Origin: Spirochaetia bacterium
GTDB lineage: Bacteria > Spirochaetota > Spirochaetia > SZUA-6 > Bin103
DNA: 64,000 nucleotides
Assembly (NCBI GenBank): GCA_965199955.1
Contig: CBDATQ010000001.1
Coordinates: forward strand, 2,016,001-2,080,000
Direction: 5' to 3'
Shown: positions 39,783-49,243 of the stretch, one piece after another
How positions within the stretch are numbered: position 1 is the first letter of the stretch
How the letters are laid out: each line of letters begins with the position of its first letter
Notes under the pieces: generated by a model
Seen by the model: the letters and a program-made list of their open reading frames with translations, nothing else
Told to the model about the DNA's origin: nothing
The model's database searches: none
Translations under genes and position numbers: made by a program

Positions 39783-40726
39783 CGGTCGCGGCGGGCATCA
39801 GCCGGGTCGGGATCTGCGGCGCCGGCCAGATGGGCGCCGCGGCGGCCGTGGCCTTCAAGCGTGGCGGCTACGAAGTTCTGGTGTGGGATCGGGACCCAGA
39901 GCGGCTCGCCGGGGTCGAGGAGACGGCGGCGTCCCTGGAGGACTGGACGGAGCGCCACGTCGGTCCCGCGTTGCGGGCGGGGGGCGCGATCAGAACTGCC
40001 GGGGAGCCGGCGGAGCTCGACCGGGGCGCCGATCTGATCATGGAGGCCATCGTCGAGGACCTTGATCGCAAAGGGGACCTGCTCCGCGGGTTCGCGGTCG
40101 CCAGGGAGCGCGGAGCGATCTTCATCAGCACCACCAGCGGGCTCCCCATTACGGAGCTGGGGCGCCGCGGCGCCTGCGCCGAGCTGCTGGCGGGCACGCA
40201 CTTCTGGAACCCGCCCCACTTGATGCCCCTGGTCGAGGTGGTCCGCGGCGAAGGGACGCCGGACAGCGTGATGGACCGGGTGTGCGAGGTGATGACCTCG
40301 ATCCGCAAGATCCCCGTGCGCGTCAACCGCGACATCCCCGGGTTCATCGGCAACCGCATGCTGCACGCGCTCTGGCGCGAAGCGATCTACTTGGCGCAGG
40401 AAGGGGTCGCCACGGCCGAGGAGATCGACAGGGTGGCGCGCCTGACGTTCGCGCTGCGGATGCCCGCCCTCGGTCCGCTGGAGAACATGGACCTGGTCGG
40501 GCTCGACCTGATCGGCGCCATCCACGACTACCTGATGGAGTCCCTGTCGAACGAAGGCGAGCCGTTGCCGGCGCTGCGTGACCGGATCGGCCGGGGCGAA
40601 CTCGGCGCCAAGAGCGGTGCCGGCTTCCACGACTGGTCCGGCCGCGACGCTGCCGAGGTGGCGGAACGCCGCGACCGGCAGATCGTCCGCCAGCTTGCAT
40701 ACCTCAGGGAGACCGGCGACCTGTGA
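39779..40726 (+). CDS. 3-hydroxyacyl-CoA dehydrogenase family protein
   Basis: GAGQMG, EAIVEDL, HFWNPPHLMPLVE, PGFIGNR. Confidence 0.92.
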   Translation: MTVAAGISRVGICGAGQMGAAAAVAFKRGGYEVLVWDRDPERLAGVEETAASLEDWTERHVGPALRAGGAIRTAGEPAELDRGADLIMEAIVEDLDRKGDLLRGFAVARERGAIFISTTSGLPITELGRRGACAELLAGTHFWNPPHLMPLVEVVRGEGTPDSVMDRVCEVMTSIRKIPVRVNRDIPGFIGNRMLHALWREAIYLAQEGVATAEEIDRVARLTFALRMPALGPLENMDLVGLDLIGAIHDYLMESLSNEGEPLPALRDRIGRGELGAKSGAGFHDWSGRDAAEVAERRDRQIVRQLAYLRETGDL

Positions 40727-41115
40727 GACCGACCGTCTTCGTGCCCGAGCCGATCGCCGCGTGCGGTATGGAGTTGCTGGAGGCGGCCTGCGATTGCACG
40801 GCGCCCTGGACCGAGGGGAGGGTGCCGGCCGATGCCGAAGCGCCGGAGATGCTGCGCGGCGCGGATGTGAGCTCTTCGGGCAGAACGGCAAACAGTCGGG
40901 CTGGGGGTTCGGATACTCCGGTGGCGGTCCTGTTGGACCCGGCGGCCGCGAAGAGCAGCCGCGGCCGGGGGGCCGTCGGTTGGGGCGGGGCGTTCGGCAC
41001 GACGACCTGGACCGACCCGGAGCTGGAGATCACGGCGGTGCTGATGGTGCAGCAGGGCAGCCAGGGTGTGGTCCAGGACTTCGAGAACGCCGTCCGCGCG
41101 GCGATCATCGACTGA
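40723..41115 (+). pseudogene. Chimeric remnant: 2-hydroxyacid dehydrogenase N-terminus + beta-lactamase-family serine hydrolase C-terminus
   Basis: MRPTVFVPEPIAACGMELL...LRGAD followed by (GWGFGYS)/VAVLLDP...GWGGAFGTTTWTDPELEITAVLMVQ. Confidence 0.7.
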
Positions 41116-41139
41116 AGCGGCCGGCATGGAGGGAGAGCC

Positions 41140-42063
41140 ATGAGACGCATGATCATCGACTGCGACCCCGGGCACGACGACGCGATCGCCCTGATGCTCG
41201 CGCACCGGCACGCGCAGGTGGACGGCATCACGACCGTGAGCGGCAACGTGCCGCTTGCCGCCACCACCGCCAACGCGCTGCTGCTCACGGCGCTGCTCGA
41301 CGTCGATACGCCCGTGCACGCCGGCGCGGTGCGGCCGCTGGTGGGCGAGCCGCAGCACGCTCCGCACGTCCACGGCGAGTCCGGCCTGGGCGACGTGACC
41401 CGCATGGAGCACGACAGGGTGGTGGCCGGTGACGACGGGGTCGGGTTCCTGCTGGACGCCGCCGCCCCCGACGTGTGGGTCGTCGCCATGGGACCGCTGA
41501 CCAACGTGGCGCTGGCGATCGAGCGCGACCCAGAGTGGGTAAAGCGGATCGCCGGCATCGCGCTCATGGGCGGCAGCACCGACGTGGGCAACGTGACGCG
41601 GGTCGCGGAGTTCAACGTGTACGCCGACCCGGAAGCGGCCGAGCGGGTGTTCCGCTCCGGCGCGGATATCACCATGTGCGGGCTCAACCTTACCCACCAG
41701 GTCATGACGACCGACGCGGTGGCGGAGCGGCTGCGTGGAGCGGAGACACCGGTGGCCGGCTTCGCCGCGCAGGTGTTCGACGACCTGCACGGACGCATCG
41801 CGGCGCTGACCGGCTTCCGGGAAGCGGCGCTGCACGATCCCTGTGCGGTGCTGGCGGTTACGCACCCGGAGCTGATCGAGACCGCGCCGCGCGCGGTCAG
41901 CGTCGAGGTCGACGGCACGCTCACCCGCGGCATGACCGTCGTCGACCAGCGCCGCGGCCTGCGGGGCGACCCGGCAAACGCGAACGTCGGCTACCGGATC
42001 GACGCGGAACGGGCGCTGCAGGTGGTCCTGGAGTCGCTGGGAGTCGAGCCGGAGTCGGGCTGA
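41140..42063 (+). CDS. Inosine-uridine preferring nucleoside hydrolase
   Basis: DCDPGHDD, GPLTN, AEFNVYADPEAA, LHDP. Confidence 0.93.
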   Translation: MRRMIIDCDPGHDDAIALMLAHRHAQVDGITTVSGNVPLAATTANALLLTALLDVDTPVHAGAVRPLVGEPQHAPHVHGESGLGDVTRMEHDRVVAGDDGVGFLLDAAAPDVWVVAMGPLTNVALAIERDPEWVKRIAGIALMGGSTDVGNVTRVAEFNVYADPEAAERVFRSGADITMCGLNLTHQVMTTDAVAERLRGAETPVAGFAAQVFDDLHGRIAALTGFREAALHDPCAVLAVTHPELIETAPRAVSVEVDGTLTRGMTVVDQRRGLRGDPANANVGYRIDAERALQVVLESLGVEPESG

Positions 42064-42076
42064 CCAGTCGTGCGCG

Positions 42077-42618
42077 TCAGGGGCCGGTCGTTAGCGGTAC
42101 AATGTCGCTCCAGCCATAGGCGACCTCCGTCAGCTCCGTGCCGCCTATCGTGATCGTCTCCACTCGGACCTCGGCACCGCCCAGCGCCTCGTAGAAGTTC
42201 CGGGACGGATTGTCCGTGAGCACCCAGGTCAGCATCGAGCGCCACCCTCGGGAGAGGAACCACGAGCAGAGCGCCGCCACCAGCCGCTTTCCCACACCTT
42301 GCCGCTGACCGGACTCGAAGAGGTAGATCGCGTAGAGCTCGGCCGAGTACTCAGGAGTGGCCTCTTCCGATCCCTCGGAGGCGATCTGCGGATCGTCCGA
42401 ACACGATGCGGTCCCGCTCGCCGGGGGAGCGCCGCTCCGCTCCGGTCCGCCGGAGGCGAACCCGATGATCCGCCCGTCCCGATCCTTGGCGACGAAGGCG
42501 GTCTGCCGCTCGTCCGCAAGGATGCGATGCCAGCGCTCCTCCCGTTCCTCGTAGTCCAGGCCGGCCACGTGCTCAGCGGGTACGATGCCGGTGTAGGTGG
42601 ACCGCCAGCTATCGATCC
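42077..42618 (-). pseudogene. GNAT acetyltransferase, 5'-truncated
   Basis: IDSWRSTYTGIVP...ELYAIY...QRQGVG...WVLTDNPSRNFYEALGG; native start missing. Confidence 0.75.
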
Positions 42619-42951
42619 GACCCGCGCCTGCTCGACCGAATCGCCGAAAGGGGCGTCACCATCGAATGTCCACTTTCGTGCAACGTGATGCTTGGAGCCG
42701 TGCAGAGCTATGAGGATCACCCGATTCGCCGCTTCGTGGAGCGAGGGATCCCGGTGACCATCTGCACTGACGATCCGGTGAAGGCCGTCACCACGATCGG
42801 GCGCGAGTACGCGATCGCGTCGGAACTGGGTTTCTCCGGAGCGGAACTGCTGGCCTGCACACACGCGGCGATCGCGGCGTCGTTTTGCGATGATGAAACG
42901 CGCGGCCGGTTGCTGCGCCTCGTGTCGGAGTCCGCTACGATCGAGCCATGA
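42619..42951 (+). pseudogene. Adenosine-deaminase-family C-terminal remnant
   Basis: DPRLLDRIAEGGVTIECPLSCNV...HPIRRF...VTICTDDP...REY. Confidence 0.8.
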
Positions 42952-43883
42952 TGGATATTCAAGAGGCCAAGGACCTGTTCCGCGGCCCCATGGTGTCGGT
43001 GGCGACGCCCTTCACCGCTCGGTTCGACCTGGATCTCGATGCGCTGCGCGACAACATCGCGTTCATGCTCGACCGCGGGATGGCGACCGGGAAGGGGGTG
43101 CTGCTGGTCGCCGCTGCCGGCGGCGAGTTCCCGATGCTGAGCATGGAGGAGCGCAAGGAGGTCATCCGCGCCAGCGTCGAAGCGGCGGCCGGCCGCATCC
43201 CGGTCGCGGCCAGCATCCAGTTCGACGGCACGCGGGAGATCATCGAGCTGGCGCACTACGCCCACCGGGTTGGCGCCAGTCTCGGGCAGCTCTCGTCTCC
43301 CTCCTATTACCCCCCGCCGGCGCAGGACATCTTCGACCTGTTCGAAGCGGTCAGCGAGGAGACCAAGCTGCCCATCATGATCTACAACAACTGGTGGACG
43401 ACGCCGAACATGAACGTCGGCACGGTCGATCGGCTGGCGCGGCTGCCCGGTGTCGTCGCGCTCAAGTGGTCATCGTCGTCCATGAGCGAGTACACCACCG
43501 GCCTGCACCGGTTCGCCGATCGCCTGGCGATCATCGACAACCTGGGCATGGCGGTGTGGGCGCACCTGCTGGGCGCCATCGGCTTTATCACCCACCAGAG
43601 CAACTTCTGGCCCGAGTACCCGTTGTCGCTCTGGGAGCTCCTGGAGCGCAAGGACTACGACGCCGCGGTGGCCCGGCTTGCCGGCTTCAGTTGGCCCTGG
43701 GACCAGTGGACGCACAAGGTGTGCGAGGAGACCGAAGGGGAGGGGCCGTTCATCAAGGCAGCCATGGAGGAGGTCGGACTGACGGCTGGCCCCCCGCGTC
43801 CGCCGGCACGTCCGGTGAGCGCCGGCCTCCGGCAGGAGTTGCGAAGCCTGTTCGCCGACTCCGGGGTCCCCAAAGCGGCATGA
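42948..43883 (+). CDS. DHDPS/NAL-family class I aldolase
   Basis: ATPF, GGEFPMLSMEERK, IMIYNN, VVALKWS. Confidence 0.9.
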   Translation: MMDIQEAKDLFRGPMVSVATPFTARFDLDLDALRDNIAFMLDRGMATGKGVLLVAAAGGEFPMLSMEERKEVIRASVEAAAGRIPVAASIQFDGTREIIELAHYAHRVGASLGQLSSPSYYPPPAQDIFDLFEAVSEETKLPIMIYNNWWTTPNMNVGTVDRLARLPGVVALKWSSSSMSEYTTGLHRFADRLAIIDNLGMAVWAHLLGAIGFITHQSNFWPEYPLSLWELLERKDYDAAVARLAGFSWPWDQWTHKVCEETEGEGPFIKAAMEEVGLTAGPPRPPARPVSAGLRQELRSLFADSGVPKAA

Positions 43884-43904
43884 TCCGCTGACGCCGAGCC
43901 GGCT

Positions 43905-44688
43905 TCAGCGGCCGATCGCCAGTCGCTCCGCGAGCCGTTCGGGCAGGCCGAGCGCCCGGATCTTGCGCGGCGCCACCTCCACCGGATAAGGCACGCGGTA
44001 CTGCGTGAAGCGTTTCCGTCCGGTGTCGAACACCCCGAACGCGGCGTCCGGGTTGCCGTCGCGGGGTTGGCCCACGGAGCCGGGATTGATCGGGTAACGG
44101 CTGCCCGCGTCGAGTGTCAGGGAGTCTCCGGAAGCAGGCACCACCCCGCGCACCGGCGTCCCGATCGCGCCCGCGGCACGTTTCGGCCGCTCTTGCTGCA
44201 GGATCATGGCCACATGGGTGTGTCCGAAAAAACATACATCGGTATCAGGGAGACCGTTGCCCAGCGCCTGGAACGACTCGCGCGCGTCGTATCCGTCGAG
44301 CAGATACAGGTCCTCGTCCTGAGGTGAGCCGTGGCACAGCACGATCCCCGGTGCCGCCTGAACCGGCCCCTGCGGAATGTCGCTCAGCCGGTCCAGGTCG
44401 GCCGCCGGCAGCATCCGCCGGTGACGGCGCGCCGCGGCCTGCGCGATGTCGTTGAAGTCGCGGTCACTGGCGATGCCGGCCACCACCTTGTCGTGGTTGC
44501 CGCGGACGCAGTGGTCGGGCGATCGCCAGCCCGCGTTCCAGGCACGCGGCGGGGTCGGCGTTGTAGCCGACCAGATCGCCCAGAAGCCGGTACGCGTCGA
44601 TACGGACCGGCAGGGCGTCCAGTGCCGCCTCGACCGCCGGCAGCGCTTCGAGGTTGCCGTGGATGTCGGACAGGACGGCGTAGGTCAT
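43905..44688 (-). pseudogene. Calcineurin-like metallophosphoesterase, frameshifted
   Basis: SDIHGNLEAL and GDLVGY in one frame; RGNHD, HGSP, GHTH, INPGSVGQPRD in another; shift near 44520. Confidence 0.85.
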
Positions 44689-44724
44689 GGGCCGATCCCC
44701 GCCCGATGCCGCGGGAGGCCGCGC

Positions 44725-45513
44725 CTAGGTGGCCGTGGCCGGCTCCCTGACGCTGGCGGTGACCGGCTCGAATTGACGAGCGACGACCCAGTCCGGGCGC
44801 GGGTTTTCCACGCCGTCCGGCACGTTGTCGATCGCCGCGAACGCGTAGATCAGGCTGTAGCGCTTCGTCGGTGACAAGTTGTGGTTCGAGCCGTGCACGG
44901 TCCGGCAGTCGAAGAAGCAGACGTCGCCGGCCTCACCCTCGATGGGGATGATCATCGCCTCGTCGGTGATGTGCTCGCGCAGCGCTTCCGGCGTGATGCA
45001 CCACTGCTTGTAGCTGGTGGTGACCTCGTCGCTGTAGTGGTCCAGCACGCCCCAGCGGTGCGAGCCCCGGATCAGCATGACGCAGCCGTTCGCGCTCGTG
45101 TTCGGGCCGAGCATCACCAGCGCGGAGGTCAGTCGGTCGTCGACGCCGTCGTAGCGCCAGTAGCCGTAGTCCTGGTGCCAGAGCCACACGGTGCCCTCGA
45201 ACGACTCCTTGTAGTTCAGTTTGCTGTGGAAGACGTAGGCGTCGTCACCGAAGATCTGCTTGACCGGCCCGGCGACCGGCTCCGACCGGCAGAGGTCTCG
45301 GAACGGCTCGATGCTGCGGTGCGCGCAGAACACCGAGCGCACCGGTCCGCTCTTCTCCCGCACCACGTGCACCTCCGCCGGGTTGTCGGCGTCTTCCGCC
45401 ATCACCGCGTCCGCCGCGGCGCGCAGCTCCTCGATCCGATCCGGCGGGATCACGCCCCGCTGCACCAGGAATCCGTCCTCTCGGTAGGTGGCGAGTTCTC
45501 GTTCCGTCCACAT
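44725..45513 (-). CDS. PhyH-family Fe(II)/2OG dioxygenase (EctD-like)
   Basis: HSKLNYK, WHQDYGYW, GSHR, VHGSNHN. Confidence 0.88.
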   Translation of the reverse strand: MWTERELATYREDGFLVQRGVIPPDRIEELRAAADAVMAEDADNPAEVHVVREKSGPVRSVFCAHRSIEPFRDLCRSEPVAGPVKQIFGDDAYVFHSKLNYKESFEGTVWLWHQDYGYWRYDGVDDRLTSALVMLGPNTSANGCVMLIRGSHRWGVLDHYSDEVTTSYKQWCITPEALREHITDEAMIIPIEGEAGDVCFFDCRTVHGSNHNLSPTKRYSLIYAFAAIDNVPDGVENPRPDWVVARQFEPVTASVREPATAT

Positions 45514-45515
45514 GT

Positions 45516-46898
45516 TCAGGCCTCCAATGGTTCGAGGTCCGCCAGCATCGTCGGGATGAGCTCGGCGACGGTGGGGTGAATATGCACCGCCCGCTGGATC
45601 ACGGTATACGGCGCCTTGGCGTACATCACGTCCAGGATCGAATGGATGACCTCGTCGCCGCCGACGCCGAGGATGGCGGCGCCCAGGATCCGCTCGGTCC
45701 CGGCATCTACCAGCACCTTCATGAAGCCCTGCGTCTCGCCCTTCTCCACGGCGCGGCCGACGCGGGTCATCGCCCGCGTGGCGATCAGCGCCGGGCGGCC
45801 CGATTCCCGGACCTGCTGCTCGCTCATGCCGACGCGGCCGAGCGGCGGGTCGACGTACAGCGCGTAGCAGTCGATGCGGTCCGCGACGCTGCGGGGGTCG
45901 CCGTGCAGGAGGTTGGCGGCGACTATCTCGTAGTCGTTGTAGGCGGTGTGCGTGAAGGCGCCGCGGCCGTTGCACTCGCCCAGCGCCCACACGCCGGGGA
46001 CGGCGGTCTGCAGCCCGTCGTCCACGGGGATCAGCCCCCGCCGGTCGACCTCGATGCCGGCGGCGTCCAGGCCCAGGTCGTCGGTGTTGGGGCGCCGTCC
46101 CACCGCCAGCAGCAGGTGCGATCCGACCACGGCCGGTTCCCCGGATGCGCAGTCCAGGGTGGCCGTGACCGCGTCGCCGTCCCGGCCCACGTCCATGCAC
46201 GTCGCGTTCAGACGGACGTTCACGCCCTCGGCTTCCAGGATCCCGGTCACCGCCGCACAGATGTCCGGCGACTCCCGCTTGATGAGGCGGTCGCCGGTGT
46301 CGATGAGCGTGACCTCGCTGCCGAAGCGGCGGTACATCTGCGCGAACTCCAGCCCGATGTAGCCGCCGCCGACGATGATCAGGTGCTCGGGCAGGACCTC
46401 CAGCTCCATGACGGTCGAGTTGGTCAGGTAGTCGACCCGGTCGAGCCCGGCGAACGGCGGCACGAACGCGCGTGCGCCGACGTTGATGAAGATCCGCTCC
46501 GCTTCCAGCAGGTCGTCGCCCACGCGGACCCGGTGAGCCGCCGCGAAGCGCGCGTGCCCCTGGTAGACCGTGCAGTTGGCCAGCGAGCGGAGCCAGCGCT
46601 CGACGCCGACCTCGGACTTTTGCGCGATCGCGTCCTTGCGCGCCTTCACGCGCTTCATGTCCACGCCGACCGCGCCGCCGATCACGACGCCGAAGTCGGC
46701 TGCCCGGCGCGCCACGTGCGCGGCGCGGGCGCTGGCCACCAGCGCCTTGGTGGGAATGCAGCCCACGTTGACGCAGGTGCCGCCGAAGCGGTGGCGCTCG
46801 ATGATGGCGGTGTCCATGCCGGCGCCGGCCAACGCGGCGGCCAGGCTGGGACCGGCCTGCCCGGTGCCGATGACGATCGCGTCGTACGTGCGGGCCAT
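45516..46898 (-). CDS. Pyridine nucleotide-disulfide oxidoreductase (MerA/RclA-like)
   Basis: GTGQAG, GGTCVNVGCIP, GGGYIGLE, HIHPTVAE; no C-terminal Cys pair, so not a true MerA. Confidence 0.9.
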   Translation of the reverse strand: MARTYDAIVIGTGQAGPSLAAALAGAGMDTAIIERHRFGGTCVNVGCIPTKALVASARAAHVARRAADFGVVIGGAVGVDMKRVKARKDAIAQKSEVGVERWLRSLANCTVYQGHARFAAAHRVRVGDDLLEAERIFINVGARAFVPPFAGLDRVDYLTNSTVMELEVLPEHLIIVGGGYIGLEFAQMYRRFGSEVTLIDTGDRLIKRESPDICAAVTGILEAEGVNVRLNATCMDVGRDGDAVTATLDCASGEPAVVGSHLLLAVGRRPNTDDLGLDAAGIEVDRRGLIPVDDGLQTAVPGVWALGECNGRGAFTHTAYNDYEIVAANLLHGDPRSVADRIDCYALYVDPPLGRVGMSEQQVRESGRPALIATRAMTRVGRAVEKGETQGFMKVLVDAGTERILGAAILGVGGDEVIHSILDVMYAKAPYTVIQRAVHIHPTVAELIPTMLADLEPLEA

Positions 46899-46905
46899 GG
46901 GCGGC

Positions 46906-47943
46906 TCAGATCCAGCCGTGGCGGATGGAAACCGGAACGCCTGAGCGCTGCGTTTCCCAGGCGGGTCCGGCGGACAGCATCACCTCGCGCCCGGTGAGAG
47001 CGGACTCTTCTGCGGCGAACAGGATCTCCATGATGTGACGCGTCCACTGGCCGTGCGCGGGCGGCTCGATGTTCAGCCGGATCGCCTCCACGAACGCCCG
47101 CCACTGCTCGGTCATGCCGGCCGGGGGCGTCTCGAACGGTACGTCCGTCCACTGGTTGTCCTTGCCGATCTGCACCGACCCGCTTGCGAAGCGCAGCGAT
47201 CCCTGCGTGCCGTACATGATGCAGTCGTGCGTGGGCGCGCCGTCGGCGTACGCCACGGCGATGGCGATGCCGGCCGCGCCGTTCTTGTAGCGGATGAAGA
47301 CCGTGGACGTGTCGTCGGCCGCCTGGTAGTGGGCGCGGGTGCCGATCGCCGCCGACACCGACAGCGCCTGCGAGGCCATCACCCAGGTCAGCCGGTCGAC
47401 GACGTGCACGCCGTTGGTCATCCACATGCCGCCGCCGTGGAAGCGGCTGCGGTATTGGGGACGGCGCGTGGCGTGGTTCCAGTTCTTGCACATGTAGCTG
47501 ACCGCGGTTACGACCGGCCCGATCTCGCCCGAGTCCAGGATCTCCTTGGCCTTCATCGCCGGCCCGCCGAAGTGCTGGGTCAGTCCGACCATCAGCTTCA
47601 CGCCGGCCTCCTCGGCCGCCGCGACCATCTCGTCGCACTGCTGGAGGTTGAGCGCCATCGGCTTCTCCACCATCACGTGCTTGCCGGCGCGACAGGCATC
47701 GACGGTGAGCCGGTGGTGAAGCTGGTGCCCGAGCGTGATGGCGACCGCCTCGACCTCGTCGTCGGCCAGCAATTCGGTATGCGAGGCGTAGCCCCTGGCG
47801 ACGCCGTACGCCTTCATGACCCTCTCGCGCGGCTCCTCGAGCAGATCGGCGCACGCCACCACCTCGACGTCGTCGAGCGTCGCGATCGCCTGCAAGTGGG
47901 AGCTGGAGATGCCTCCCAGGCCGACGATCCCTACTTTCAACAT
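46906..47943 (-). CDS. Gfo/Idh/MocA oxidoreductase
   Basis: VGIVGLGGI, HVMVEKPMA, GGGMWMTNGVH. Confidence 0.9.
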   Translation of the reverse strand: MLKVGIVGLGGISSSHLQAIATLDDVEVVACADLLEEPRERVMKAYGVARGYASHTELLADDEVEAVAITLGHQLHHRLTVDACRAGKHVMVEKPMALNLQQCDEMVAAAEEAGVKLMVGLTQHFGGPAMKAKEILDSGEIGPVVTAVSYMCKNWNHATRRPQYRSRFHGGGMWMTNGVHVVDRLTWVMASQALSVSAAIGTRAHYQAADDTSTVFIRYKNGAAGIAIAVAYADGAPTHDCIMYGTQGSLRFASGSVQIGKDNQWTDVPFETPPAGMTEQWRAFVEAIRLNIEPPAHGQWTRHIMEILFAAEESALTGREVMLSAGPAWETQRSGVPVSIRHGWI

Positions 47944-48031
47944 CTGTTCCTCCTGCATGCGGCCGTGTCGTCCGGGTAACGGCCGGCGCCTCAGTGTGCC
48001 ACAATGGCGGCGCCATGGTGGGGAAGGTGCG

Positions 48032-48676
48032 ATGCGATTGATCCTGGAGCAGATACGGACCGGCGGCGACCGGAACTTCGCCTATCTGGTCGGTGATCGC
48101 GAGGCCGGGGTGGCCGCGATCGTCGACCCGAGTTTCGACCCGGCCGCCGTGGTGGAGCGGGCAGCCGCGCAGGGCCTGTCGGTGGCCTACGTCGTCAACA
48201 CGCACGGCCACGCCGACCACACCAACGGCAACGACGAGGCGCGCAGGCTCACCGGCGCCCCGCTCGTCGCCTTCGGCTCGAACGCCGACCATCGCCTGGA
48301 CGACGGCGGCGTGCTGGAGGTCGGCGCGCTGCGCCTGCGCGCGCTCCACACCCCCGGCCACGCCGACGACCACCTGGTCCTGTTCGAGCCGGACGAGCGC
48401 TTCGCCCTGACCGGCGACCTGCTGTTCGTGGGCAAGGTCGGCGGCACCTCCGGCCGCGACGCGGCCCGCACGGAGTGGGACAGCCTGCACCGGCTGCTGG
48501 ATGCCGCCGGCGACGACGTCACCGTCTGGCCCGGGCACGACTACGGCTGCCGGCCGGCGTCCACGATCGGCATGGAGCGGCGGACCAACCCATTTCTGGG
48601 CTGCGAGGACTTCGAGGCGTTCTTCGATCTCAAGGAGCGCTGGCCGTCGTTCAAGGCCGAGCATGGCCTGCGCTGA
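48032..48676 (+). CDS. MBL-fold hydrolase (glyoxalase II-like)
   Basis: NTHGHADH, HTPGH, TGDLLF, WPGHDY. Confidence 0.9.
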   Translation: MRLILEQIRTGGDRNFAYLVGDREAGVAAIVDPSFDPAAVVERAAAQGLSVAYVVNTHGHADHTNGNDEARRLTGAPLVAFGSNADHRLDDGGVLEVGALRLRALHTPGHADDHLVLFEPDERFALTGDLLFVGKVGGTSGRDAARTEWDSLHRLLDAAGDDVTVWPGHDYGCRPASTIGMERRTNPFLGCEDFEAFFDLKERWPSFKAEHGLR

Positions 48677-48706
48677 CGCGCCCGGCGGGCGTGGTACCGT
48701 AGACGG

Positions 48707-49105
48707 ATGAAGTACTCGTACGATCACGTCCACCTCCAGACCAACGACCTGGACGCCACGGTCGCCTGGTTCGAACGCATGTTCGATGCGCGCCGGCTGT
48801 GGATCGGGGAGTTCAAGGGCACCAAGATCACCCACCTGGGGTTCCACGATACCTTCGTCAACGTCTTCCACCGCGCGCCGACCAATCCCGACACGACCCC
48901 GGAGGACGCGGTGATTCATCACTTCGCCATGCGTCCCGACGACTACGACGCCGCCATCGCCGACCTCAAGCGCCGCGGCGCCCGCTTTCACACCGAGCCG
49001 GCCGCGGTCGGCCCGCACCTGCGGGTCGCCTTCATCGAAGGGCCCGACAACCTGCGCGTGGAGATCATCGAAGGCGACCTGCCCGAGGGGACCGGCCTGG
49101 AGTAG
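48707..49105 (+). CDS. VOC/glyoxalase family protein
   Basis: YDHVHL, IHHFA, FIEGPDNLRVEII. Confidence 0.88.
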   Translation: MKYSYDHVHLQTNDLDATVAWFERMFDARRLWIGEFKGTKITHLGFHDTFVNVFHRAPTNPDTTPEDAVIHHFAMRPDDYDAAIADLKRRGARFHTEPAAVGPHLRVAFIEGPDNLRVEIIEGDLPEGTGLE

Positions 49106-49243
49106 CGCGAATTGTCCTTCACAGAAGGAGAATTCAGTCCTGATTGGTCACTGTGAGAGCGACAATCGCTCCCGCGTGCGCGTGCGAGTGGTCGTTGATC
49201 CCGTTCGTGCCGCGGCGGTACTGTGGCGCGAGGTGACGTGCCG

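Noticed and set aside
44725..45513. ectD ectoine hydroxylase
   Set aside because: Lacks the WHSDFETWH signature (has WHQDYGYW) and no ectABC genes nearby
45516..46898. Mercuric reductase merA
   Set aside because: No C-terminal Cys-Cys pair, no NmerA domain and no mer operon
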